A stretch of 64,000 bases of DNA, taken from assembly GCA_965204765.1 (NCBI GenBank), contig CBDBFG010000002.1, forward strand, positions 73,910-137,909, written 5' to 3'. The position numbers were made by a program, and so were the translations under genes. The DNA is from Alphaproteobacteria bacterium. GTDB lineage: Bacteria; Pseudomonadota; Alphaproteobacteria; Caedimonadales; UBA9215. Positions 41,679-50,872 of the stretch are shown here, in pieces. A model generated the notes under the pieces. It saw only the letters and a program-made list of their open reading frames with translations. It had not been told where the DNA came from and made no database searches. How positions within the stretch are numbered: the first letter of the stretch is position 1; each line of letters opens with the position of its first letter.

Positions 41679-41971
41679 ATTTTAAATACATAGTCATAAA
41701 TCAGCTAAATTAAATAGCTTTAAACACATACGCATTTAATAATTATTTTAACTGTACAAAGTGAATTATTTCGTAACTAGTATTAGCTCAAATTCCATAT
41801 AATCTTAACAAGTGGGATTAGTCTTGAAACGAAAAATCAAGTCGTATAAACATACAATTTTTTGATCGTATATTTTTTAAAACACAATTATATTTTTTTT
41901 GCAACTTTTTGCTAGAAAAAGGACAAATTTATTAATATATAAAGAATAAACACAAATTGTAAATAGCACCC

Positions 41972-42622
41972 ATGATTAAAGTTGATAGTCATTTATATAG
42001 TTATATTATCGAGCACAGCCTACATGAACACCAGGTACTGCAAAATTTAAGAGCCTACACTGAAAACGAAATTAAATCTACAAAACAGGTGTCTCCTGAT
42101 CAGGGACAATTTTTGGCCTTCTTAGTTAAATTAATTAATGCCAAAAATATTCTAGAGCTTGGCACTTTTACCGGATATAGCTGTCTTAGCATGGCACTTG
42201 CCTTACCTGATGATGGCTATATAACAACTTGTGATATTTCAAATAAATACTTATCACTAGCACAACATTACTGGCAACAAGCAAATGTTAGGCACAAAAT
42301 TACGCATCAAATATCTCCTGCTGTGGATTTTTTTCAATTATTATTAGCGCAAAAAAATCCTAAATTATTTGATTTGATATTCCTTGATGCTGATAAAACT
42401 AACCAAGAAAAATATTTTGAATATTCTTTGCAATTACTTCCCAAAGGAGGAATGATGATTATTGATAATACTTTATGGAAAGGCAGGATAATTGATGCAT
42501 CATTTCAAGACAAAAATACCATTGCTATTCGTAATCTGAATAACAAACTATCTATGGATAATCGTATTGATTTATCTATTATTCCAATTGGGGACGGTAT
42601 GACTCTAATCAGAAAAAGATAA
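41972..42622 (+). CDS. class I SAM-dependent O-methyltransferase (caffeoyl-CoA OMT-like, Methyltransf_3)
   Basis: ILELGTFTGYS SAM motif, FDLIFLDADK, GGMMIIDNTLWKG. Confidence 0.85.
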   Translation: MIKVDSHLYSYIIEHSLHEHQVLQNLRAYTENEIKSTKQVSPDQGQFLAFLVKLINAKNILELGTFTGYSCLSMALALPDDGYITTCDISNKYLSLAQHYWQQANVRHKITHQISPAVDFFQLLLAQKNPKLFDLIFLDADKTNQEKYFEYSLQLLPKGGMMIIDNTLWKGRIIDASFQDKNTIAIRNLNNKLSMDNRIDLSIIPIGDGMTLIRKR

Positions 42623-42679
42623 AATACTTAACTATGTTTTAATAATTAAATTATAATCTAATAAAAATAAGGTAGAACT

Positions 42680-43435
42680 ATGTTTAAAAAAATCCCCGTA
42701 ATATTGTCTGTTATCAGCTTTGTAATCCCAAATAGTTACGTACATGCAAAATATAATCACAAAAAAGAAAATAATCTTACATCAGTCGTCACAACACGTA
42801 TGATTAACCATTATGGTACGCAAAAATATATGCATGGTAAATCGCATTGGAAAGCAAACCGCTCTACCATGGGATGGAAAAAATTTGGAGAGGTATGGGG
42901 TTTTAAAAAATGGAATAATGTCAAATTAAAAGCTAAAAATGAACGTGGTAACAAATTCAGCAGATCAATAAACAAATCCAGCTGTCGCAAAAGCGATATT
43001 ACCCTAGTATCTTTTGACGTAATCTGGGCACAAGATAATTTTACTAAACAACTCAAAGTGCAATGCGTGCCCAAAAATACGCAAAATAAATTAAAAAACA
43101 TAGCAAATATTCTTAATAAATCTGAAATAAAAATAGACAGACCAAGTGCATACCTTGGCACATGGAAATTAGCAACAGATAATAACGGTACAAAAAAACT
43201 AAAAAAATTAATTGCGGCTGTACAAAAAGCATTTAATAAAAGAGCACAACTAGGTAAAGATAGCTCTTATAGTGCTGATTTTGACCAATATGATGAAGGA
43301 TTTGATAAATTTAGCAAAACACAACTGGTGCATAACGAAAAATCAGAAAAATATAATCAAATAGCAAAAGCACATAATCGACTGGTAGATGCTAGAAATA
43401 ATTTAGCAGATTATCTAAGCAAGATATATTCATAA
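42680..43435 (+). CDS. secreted lysine-rich protein, paralog of 47466-48659
   Basis: Signal peptide. Shares an N-domain with the 397-aa protein (GEVWGFKKW...SSCRK...LKVQCVPKN versus AEVWGYKKRW...KSCDRK...AKIHCVSNN). Helical C-terminus. Confidence 0.5.
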   Translation: MFKKIPVILSVISFVIPNSYVHAKYNHKKENNLTSVVTTRMINHYGTQKYMHGKSHWKANRSTMGWKKFGEVWGFKKWNNVKLKAKNERGNKFSRSINKSSCRKSDITLVSFDVIWAQDNFTKQLKVQCVPKNTQNKLKNIANILNKSEIKIDRPSAYLGTWKLATDNNGTKKLKKLIAAVQKAFNKRAQLGKDSSYSADFDQYDEGFDKFSKTQLVHNEKSEKYNQIAKAHNRLVDARNNLADYLSKIYS

Positions 43436-43693
43436 ACTACAACACTGACGTTATGAAAAAGCTATATGCTTGCATTGCCCAAAAACTTTAAAACTAAATA
43501 TAAACTCAGAGAACATGTATATCTATATTACATCACTTAAACATGTTCTCTACAATTTATATCACTATTCGTGATATTCTCTATGATCAATATCAACCCA
43601 TCAATAATGAACTCACGCCACAACACAGAAAAAAATTAACATGATATCACCGTAAAGCGGTAATTTTGTATTGGTATTTCAATACGCAACACA

Positions 43694-46648
43694 CTAATGA
43701 GCATCATCCCAATTATCACCAACACCGTGATCTACAGTTAATGGAATTTTTAGATATGCAATTGATTGCATAACATGTTTAATTTTGGGTATTATTTCAT
43801 CAATCACTGATTCATGCACCTCAAAGATTAACTCATCATGCACTTGCAATAATAACCTTGCTTTTTCACCAACCAAAAGCTTTGTATCAGCATAATAAGG
43901 CCCGTAAAAAAAATTTTCGTCATTATACTCTTGTCTAACACTATCGTTTTTTACAGGCATACCAAGCGATACTCCCTCAGGCAATTTAATAGCACCTGTC
44001 TTACTTTTATTATTACTAAATAAATCTAATTGTTTACCTACCGTGACTTGCTCTACGTTTTTTGTTGTTATCTCACCAATATTATATTCCGCCAACAAAC
44101 GTGGCATAGCATTCATAGCCTTCTTAATAATATCTGCTGACGATCCTTGCAGCGGAGCATTAATAGCTTGACGTTCTGCAAAAGTTCTTTGTAAATAACT
44201 ATTAGCATTTATATCTCGTATATAACATTTTCTTCCCCAAATAGTTTCAACATAACCATTTTTACGCGCAAAATCCTTTTGCTCTTCCATATAATCCAGA
44301 ATTCCTGGGTAATGTTGATTATATTTTAGGATATAATCTGATGCTTCCTGTTTAGAAATACCCAATTGCTTACTCAGACCAAAGGCACTAATACCATAAA
44401 TGATCCCAAAATTTATCGCCTTTGCAGCTCTTCTGGTATTATGATCAATATCATGTATAGATTTGCCAAAAACTTCGGCTGCGGTTCTGGCATGAATATC
44501 TTCCTTATTTTTAAAACATTGGATTAATGAATCAATTTGCGCCATATGCGCTAACAAGCGTAGCTCTATTTGTGAATAATCCATAGAAACAAGCTTATAG
44601 TTCTTTTCCGCTATAAATGCCTTCCTAATTGCTCTACCATCACTAGTTTTAATTGGAATATTCTGCATATTGGGATCAGAAGAAGATAACCTACCCGTCA
44701 AAGTATTAAGACCATAACTAGTATGAATTCTATTGTGCGAATCAACCTCGTTACTTAAAGATTCAGTATAGGTACTATTTAATTTAGTATAGTGACGCCA
44801 TGCTATTAACTGTTCAGCTATACTGTATCCCTGCTCTTTTAAAGATTCTAATACTTCAATACCTGTTGCATAAGTCCCTGATTTGTTTTTCTTAGGCTTG
44901 GGCAGATCTAATTTATCAAATAATACTTCACCTAATTGTTTAGGTGAGGCAATATTAAATTCCTCTCCAGATAACTTATATATTTCGCTCGTAATTAATT
45001 TTAGTTTACTATTAAATTCGTTGTGTAGATGATCCAAGTGCTTAACATCAGTCCTGATACCTTTATGCTCCATCAATGCTAATAATTTGATTAGAGGTAA
45101 ATCAACATTCATATATATAGAGTGTGATTTGTTTTCCACCATCCTTTGCTGTAACACGTAATATATCCTAAGGGTATAATCGGCGTCCTCAGCTGCATAC
45201 TGTGTTGCATCACCCAAATCAACTTCATTGAATTGCAACTGTTTATTGCCTGATTTTTTACTTACTTCCTCAAATTTTATCATTTCATGATTACAATAAC
45301 GTAACGCCATTGCATCTAAACTATTACTTAAACGCAAACCATTAATGGTATAAGACATGACCATTGTATCTTCATAAGCATTAATCTCGATACCGTACTT
45401 GAGCATCACTCTCATGTCGTACTTGATATTTTGCCCAATAATTTTTGTTGATGAATCTTCTAAGACCACTTTCAATTCGCTCAAGGCATCATCAAAGTTA
45501 ATTTGATCCCCTGTATCATGCGCTAACGGGACATAACATGCCAACCCTGGTTGCAACGCCAACGAAAAACCTACCAATTCGGCGGTACTAGGATGAAGCG
45601 AAGTAGTCTCCGTATCAAAAGCCACTGTGTGTAGGTATTTTGCCCGCTCTAACCAAGATTTTAATTCATCTATTGATTGTATGGTATAATAATTTTTTTC
45701 TACAGCATTTACTTTCTTAGCGACTATTTCACTTGTTTTACTTTCCAAAGGATTACTATCAGCAATATTTTGTCTATTAATTAAACCTCTTTTCTCAAAG
45801 CGCGAGATTAAATTACTAAATTCTTGCTCTTTCAGGAAATTATACAAAGAATTACTGTCTGGCTGCTCTAACACCAAATCATTCACATTTAGTGGCAGAG
45901 GCACTTCATCACATAAAGTAACTAGTTTTTTAGACACTATCGCATCATTACTGTGATTAATAAGTCTTTCTCTTCTCTTAGGTTGTGTAATTTCAGCAAT
46001 ATTATCTAATAAATCTTCCAAACTACCGTATTTTAGTATAAGTTCTGCTGCGGTTTTGACTCCTATTCCTGGCACACCTGGCACATTATCAGAACTATCT
46101 CCTGCTAATGCTTGCACATCAATTACCTGCTCTGGCTGCACACCAAATTTCTTTTCGACTTCTGCAAAATGAATAAGACTATTTTTTATCGGATCAAGCA
46201 TTTTAATATTATTGTTGATCAACTGCATTAAGTCCTTGTCTGAACTAACAATAATAACATTATATCCCAGTTCATCAGCTTGTTTAGCATAGGTTGCAAT
46301 AATATCATCTGCTTCATACCCTTTCATCTCTACCGCTGGAATATTAAATGCTTTACAAGCTTGACGAATCAAACCAAATTGCGGAATTAAATCTTCCGGA
46401 GTTTCAGCGCGGTTGGCTTTATAGGCTGGATATATATCATGGCGATAATTTTGCCTAGCGCTATCAAATATTACGGCAATTTTACTAATATGATTTTGAT
46501 CCAGCAATTTTAACATTATATTACAAAAACCTAATACAGCGCCAACGGGAGTACCATCTTCTCGCGTTAATGGAGGCAAAGCGTGATAGGCTCTAAAAAT
46601 AAACCCTGATCCATCTATTAGATATATATTTTTCTCTAGATTACTCAT
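43694..46648 (-). CDS. polA: DNA polymerase I
   Basis: 5'-nuclease N-terminus (LIDGSGFIFRAYHA), 3'-5' exo motif (AFDTETTSL), polymerase motifs A (DYSQIELR), B (RRAAKAINFGIIYG) and C (QVHDEL). Confidence 0.95.
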   Translation of the reverse strand: MSNLEKNIYLIDGSGFIFRAYHALPPLTREDGTPVGAVLGFCNIMLKLLDQNHISKIAVIFDSARQNYRHDIYPAYKANRAETPEDLIPQFGLIRQACKAFNIPAVEMKGYEADDIIATYAKQADELGYNVIIVSSDKDLMQLINNNIKMLDPIKNSLIHFAEVEKKFGVQPEQVIDVQALAGDSSDNVPGVPGIGVKTAAELILKYGSLEDLLDNIAEITQPKRRERLINHSNDAIVSKKLVTLCDEVPLPLNVNDLVLEQPDSNSLYNFLKEQEFSNLISRFEKRGLINRQNIADSNPLESKTSEIVAKKVNAVEKNYYTIQSIDELKSWLERAKYLHTVAFDTETTSLHPSTAELVGFSLALQPGLACYVPLAHDTGDQINFDDALSELKVVLEDSSTKIIGQNIKYDMRVMLKYGIEINAYEDTMVMSYTINGLRLSNSLDAMALRYCNHEMIKFEEVSKKSGNKQLQFNEVDLGDATQYAAEDADYTLRIYYVLQQRMVENKSHSIYMNVDLPLIKLLALMEHKGIRTDVKHLDHLHNEFNSKLKLITSEIYKLSGEEFNIASPKQLGEVLFDKLDLPKPKKNKSGTYATGIEVLESLKEQGYSIAEQLIAWRHYTKLNSTYTESLSNEVDSHNRIHTSYGLNTLTGRLSSSDPNMQNIPIKTSDGRAIRKAFIAEKNYKLVSMDYSQIELRLLAHMAQIDSLIQCFKNKEDIHARTAAEVFGKSIHDIDHNTRRAAKAINFGIIYGISAFGLSKQLGISKQEASDYILKYNQHYPGILDYMEEQKDFARKNGYVETIWGRKCYIRDINANSYLQRTFAERQAINAPLQGSSADIIKKAMNAMPRLLAEYNIGEITTKNVEQVTVGKQLDLFSNNKSKTGAIKLPEGVSLGMPVKNDSVRQEYNDENFFYGPYYADTKLLVGEKARLLLQVHDELIFEVHESVIDEIIPKIKHVMQSIAYLKIPLTVDHGVGDNWDDAH

Positions 46649-46711
46649 AATATTGATTTCACAAACTTTTTTATTAATGTAGTATGTTACTGGCAGTATA
46701 TAAATAGAAAA

Positions 46712-47266
46712 ATGTTTGAAAGTGATAAATCAGTACCGTTATGCATTGACCTTGATGGCACTTTGGTCAAAGAAGATACATCTATCCTACTCCTGCGCAA
46801 ATTTATTAAACAAAACCCATTTAATATCTTTAAAGTATTATTTTGGTTTGTTAGTAGCTTTAATAATGCACATGTAAAGGCAAAACTAGCCAATAACTGT
46901 ACTCTAGACATTACAAAACTTACTTTTTCTTCATTGATAAAAAATTTAATTAATCAAGCTGCACAACAGGAACGTAAAATTTATCTTGTAACTGGCTCTA
47001 ATCAAATCATTGCAAAACAAATTACCAAGGAAATAAAAGAATTTACTAGCTATTTTGCTAGTGACGACAAAATAAACCTTGTTGGTAATACAAAAGCAAG
47101 CAATTTAAATATAAAAATAGGCAAAAATGAATATATTTATGCCGGCAATAGCAAGCAAGACATACCTGTTTGGGACAATTCTTTTGGAGTAATAGTGTCA
47201 CCATTTGCCTCAAAAAAAATTGTACAATTCGCACGAAAAAAGTATAAAAACATCATTATTCTATAG
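46712..47266 (+). CDS. HAD-superfamily hydrolase-like protein
   Basis: DxDxT motif in LCIDLDGTLV. Size and pattern fit a HAD fold, but the specific subfamily is unclear. Confidence 0.5.
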   Translation: MFESDKSVPLCIDLDGTLVKEDTSILLLRKFIKQNPFNIFKVLFWFVSSFNNAHVKAKLANNCTLDITKLTFSSLIKNLINQAAQQERKIYLVTGSNQIIAKQITKEIKEFTSYFASDDKINLVGNTKASNLNIKIGKNEYIYAGNSKQDIPVWDNSFGVIVSPFASKKIVQFARKKYKNIIIL

Positions 47267-47465
47267 CGTAGCTTAAAATATTTTGTCCATTTTAAAATTG
47301 ACATCATGACTAAACGAGTTAATCACATACACAGACAAATATTAAGATCTAAGACCGGTATTGAAAAACAAAATTGCTTATAAAACACATGGCCATCAAA
47401 AAATACACAACAGACAAGGACTGCATAATCAATGCAAAAACATACCGCTATTTTTACCTAAGTAA

Positions 47466-48659
47466 TTAAAGCTTTTCTAACAAAGCAAAATCATCATCAC
47501 CTAGGCTATCAATAATATCGCTATCTTCTATAAATTGCATTATGTCCCCTTCTTTAAATTTTGCATCGGACAATTTTTTAAAGAACTTACCTCTGAACTT
47601 CTTATCTTTATCTAGCTTGCCTATTAATGAATTCTTTGGAGAAGTTTTTTGAATAAAACTTTCTATCTCCATTAAGCCTTCTATTTTATTGTCTAAAACC
47701 TTCTTAAATCCTTTTAGGCCATTTTCTGCATCTGCTAAAGATTTACGCTTATCCTTAATATCATTCAACTTGCTGTTTACTTCTTTATCACCAGCATCCA
47801 AATCCTTCAGTAAACCTTTAACTTTCTTTATAAATTTGAACTTTTTTAATAGCGACTTACTACGCTTAATATCGTATTGCGTTTGTTGCAAAAATTTCTC
47901 TACCCCGCGTAACAGCACTCTACCTTCTGCAACCAAGTCATACCCTTCATTCATCAATGTTGATAGTTTGTCTGCATTCTGCCTTACTACTAACATTAAT
48001 CCACTTTCGCTGTTGGACAAATCTCTCATAAATTTATTAGATATATTGTTTTGCTCTTTTTCTAATTTCTTTTGAAATTTTTTCATCTTTTCTTCGTACG
48101 CCTTACCTCTGCTTTCCCAATAATTACTGCTCTCTTCTATTTTCTTTAAGCGATCTATCGAACCTAATCGACCAGCTAACTTAGTTTGATTATAATTAGT
48201 CTTTGGTCCTGTATATCTCTCTCGGTAGCTGTTATTTATCAGCCAATTATTTAGATCGTTATTGCTAACACAATGAATCTTGGCGTTACATTTATCACCG
48301 CGTTTACCATGTATTTGTACAACCGTAACTTTCCTATCACAGCTTTTACGCTTTAACCTTATGTGACAGTATTTTTTGTGTTTTATCTTACCTTTTTTGG
48401 CCTTTGTTACTTTATCAATATTGATTTTAATTTTACCCCATCTCTTTTTATAACCCCATACTTCTGCAGGTTTATGACGACCATCAAAACTATTAGTACT
48501 TGACCACACATGTTCTGGCATTTTTTCATCAAAAGCTTTTGAGGGCACCACCACAATATTAGTTTTCTTACTGCCCGTAAATTCGGCACAAGCAGCATTA
48601 ACCATCACTAGCAATGATAGTGTTTTGACAATATTGATTTTGAACATAGCTTTTATCAC
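47466..48659 (-). CDS. secreted lysine-rich protein with a long coiled-coil C-terminus, paralog of 42680-43435
   Basis: Signal peptide (LSLLVMVNAACA), shared EVWGYKK/Cys-pattern N-domain, K/E-rich heptad-like C-terminal half. Confidence 0.5.
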   Translation of the reverse strand: MIKAMFKINIVKTLSLLVMVNAACAEFTGSKKTNIVVVPSKAFDEKMPEHVWSSTNSFDGRHKPAEVWGYKKRWGKIKINIDKVTKAKKGKIKHKKYCHIRLKRKSCDRKVTVVQIHGKRGDKCNAKIHCVSNNDLNNWLINNSYRERYTGPKTNYNQTKLAGRLGSIDRLKKIEESSNYWESRGKAYEEKMKKFQKKLEKEQNNISNKFMRDLSNSESGLMLVVRQNADKLSTLMNEGYDLVAEGRVLLRGVEKFLQQTQYDIKRSKSLLKKFKFIKKVKGLLKDLDAGDKEVNSKLNDIKDKRKSLADAENGLKGFKKVLDNKIEGLMEIESFIQKTSPKNSLIGKLDKDKKFRGKFFKKLSDAKFKEGDIMQFIEDSDIIDSLGDDDFALLEKL

Positions 48660-48817
48660 AATCTGTTATATTGGTTTATTATCAAATATAAAAATTAATA
48701 ATATATTAAGATAAATTATTCTAAAAAACCACCTATTACATTAATATCGCTAGGTATACATTACTTTTATTACTTATAATTTTTACCTGGAATACTACCC
48801 ACATCAAAAAGGTAAAC

Positions 48818-48894
48818 GGCAAAAGGCAAAAGGCAAAAGGCAAAAGGCAAAAGGCAAAAGGCAAAAGGCAAAAGGCAAAAGGCAAAAGGCAAAA
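48818..48894. repeat. perfect heptanucleotide tandem repeat (GGCAAAA) x11
   Basis: Counted directly: 11 identical 7-nt units. Lies in the divergent intergenic region, 80 nt upstream of the nusB ATG and 159 nt upstream of the 47466-48659 start. Confidence 0.9.
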
Positions 48895-48973
48895 ATATTA
48901 TGCGCCACATATTTACCTATTGCATTATTGATATTTTTTATATACTTTCGCCTATTATAAACATTTCACAGCC

Positions 48974-49441
48974 ATGAGTACCGAAAATACTACTGCTACC
49001 ACTAAACGAGGCACACGTTTTCAACGTCACCGTGTTGCTAGAATAATGGCTATTCAAGCTATTTACGAAGCCAATCATAGCAAACAAGATTACCAAATCA
49101 TAACAGACAGGTTTTTAACCTATAACTTTTATAACCATACCCACCCTGTTGTACCAGAAAAAGAATTATTTATTCATGTTCTAAACGCTCTTGAAGCAAA
49201 TAAAGCAAGCATAGAACTGGTAATAACAAACTCTACCGTGCAAGGATGGCAATTAAAAGATATTGATCCAATAGTTATCTCTATTCTACAAGCTGCACTA
49301 GCAGAGTTAAAACAACATTATAACCAAACTGCAGTTTCTATTATTATTAGTGAATATATCGAAATATGTAAGGGCTTCTGCGAAACTAAGGAAGCAAATT
49401 ACGTACATAAAGTACTAGATAATTATATTGCAAGCCTATAA
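48974..49441 (+). CDS. nusB: transcription antitermination factor NusB
   Basis: RHRVARIMAIQAIYE N-terminal pattern and C-terminal ISEYIEICKGF...YVHKVLDN, 155 aa. Confidence 0.85.
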   Translation: MSTENTTATTKRGTRFQRHRVARIMAIQAIYEANHSKQDYQIITDRFLTYNFYNHTHPVVPEKELFIHVLNALEANKASIELVITNSTVQGWQLKDIDPIVISILQAALAELKQHYNQTAVSIIISEYIEICKGFCETKEANYVHKVLDNYIASL

Positions 49442-49550
49442 TTACACCTATTATACTTTTTTATCTTTAAAACTAGCATACAGTTAGAAAAATACAGTAG
49501 AAAATAAAGCAAAAATGCTATAGTTTTACTACAACATTTATGGACATAAC

Positions 49551-50861
49551 ATGCGCAGAACATCCTGTTTTCTACCGACATTAAAAGAGAATCCTAAAGA
49601 AGCACAAATATCTTCTCATCGTTTAATGTTACGTGCCGGCATGATTAATCAATCCAGCGCAGGAATATATTCATGGTTACCAATTGGCAATTTAGTGTTA
49701 CAAAACATCGCCAATATTGTTAGACAAGAACTAAATAACATAGGCGCACAAGAAATCATTATTCCAACCATACAGTCTTCTGATCTATGGCTTGAAAGTA
49801 ATCGATATGAATCTTATGGCAAAGAAATGCTGACTATACAAGATCGTCATAATCGTGATCTACTATACACTCCTACTGCCGAAGAAGCTGTTAATAATCT
49901 AGCCCGTCAATATATGAAAAGTTATAAAGATTTACCGTGTATAATGTATCAAATTAACTGGAAATTTCGTGATGAAATCAGGCCAAGATTTGGAATAATG
50001 CGTGGCCGCGAGTTTTTAATGAAAGACGCATATTCTTTAGACATAGATGAACCTAATGCTCGTCAAACCTATTACAAGATGTTGCACACATATGTTAAAA
50101 TCTTTCATCGCATGGGGCTAACAGCAATACCTCTGCGCGCGGAAACTGGACCAATTGGCGGTGATTTGAGCCATGAATTTCATATTTTATCAAAAACTGG
50201 TGAAAGTGGCTTATATTATGATAGTAAATTAGAAGAAATTATAGAAAATCCAAACAAGCAGCTGGATATTGATAAGTTATTAAGTTTGTATGCCTCAACA
50301 GAGGACTTACATGATGAAAATAATCCCCTAGCACAATCCTGTCAGGTACTAAAACAAGCCAGAGGTATAGAAATTGGACATATATTCTATTATGGCACCA
50401 AATACTCTGATGCATTAAATATTTCTCTTGCAGGAAAAAATAACGATAAAGTCATTCCTCATGGCGGCTGTTATGGCATAGGAGTATCACGCCTGGTAGG
50501 CGCAATAATAGAAGCCAACCACGACGAAAATGGCATTATATGGCCACATAACATTAGTCCTTTTAAGATTGGAATGATTAATATTAAACAACAAGACGAA
50601 GAAAGTACAAAAATTTGTGAAGAGCTATATAGTAAACTGACCAACAATGATATTAGTGTACTGTATGATGATCGACATGAAAGATCAGGCGTCAAATTTG
50701 CAGAAATGGATTTAATTGGCGTACCATGGCAAATAAAAGTAGGACCAAAAGGAGTTAGTGATAACACCGTAGAACTTAAAAATCGCCGTACAAATGAGAC
50801 CCAAACCCTAAGTATAGGAAAAGTGATGGATACAATAAATAAAATATTCCAATACAAATAA
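49551..50861 (+). CDS. proS: prolyl-tRNA synthetase (short, INS-less type)
   Basis: Class II motifs (FRDEIRPRFGIMRGREFLMKDAYS; GCYGIGVSRL), 436 aa. Confidence 0.93.
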   Translation: MRRTSCFLPTLKENPKEAQISSHRLMLRAGMINQSSAGIYSWLPIGNLVLQNIANIVRQELNNIGAQEIIIPTIQSSDLWLESNRYESYGKEMLTIQDRHNRDLLYTPTAEEAVNNLARQYMKSYKDLPCIMYQINWKFRDEIRPRFGIMRGREFLMKDAYSLDIDEPNARQTYYKMLHTYVKIFHRMGLTAIPLRAETGPIGGDLSHEFHILSKTGESGLYYDSKLEEIIENPNKQLDIDKLLSLYASTEDLHDENNPLAQSCQVLKQARGIEIGHIFYYGTKYSDALNISLAGKNNDKVIPHGGCYGIGVSRLVGAIIEANHDENGIIWPHNISPFKIGMINIKQQDEESTKICEELYSKLTNNDISVLYDDRHERSGVKFAEMDLIGVPWQIKVGPKGVSDNTVELKNRRTNETQTLSIGKVMDTINKIFQYK

Positions 50862-50872
50862 ATAGCAAATAT

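Noticed and set aside
43508-43551. 11-bp inverted repeat (AGAGAACATGT...ACATGTTCTCT) between convergent polA and the 251-aa gene, as a terminator
   Set aside because: The 22-nt loop and the lack of a clear U-tract make an intrinsic terminator uncertain. It is noted but not called.
48818-48894. Possible CRISPR array (also considered for 62739-62900 and 26057-26090)
   Set aside because: The units are 7-9 bp and directly abutting with no spacers, and no cas genes are present. They are simple tandem repeats.
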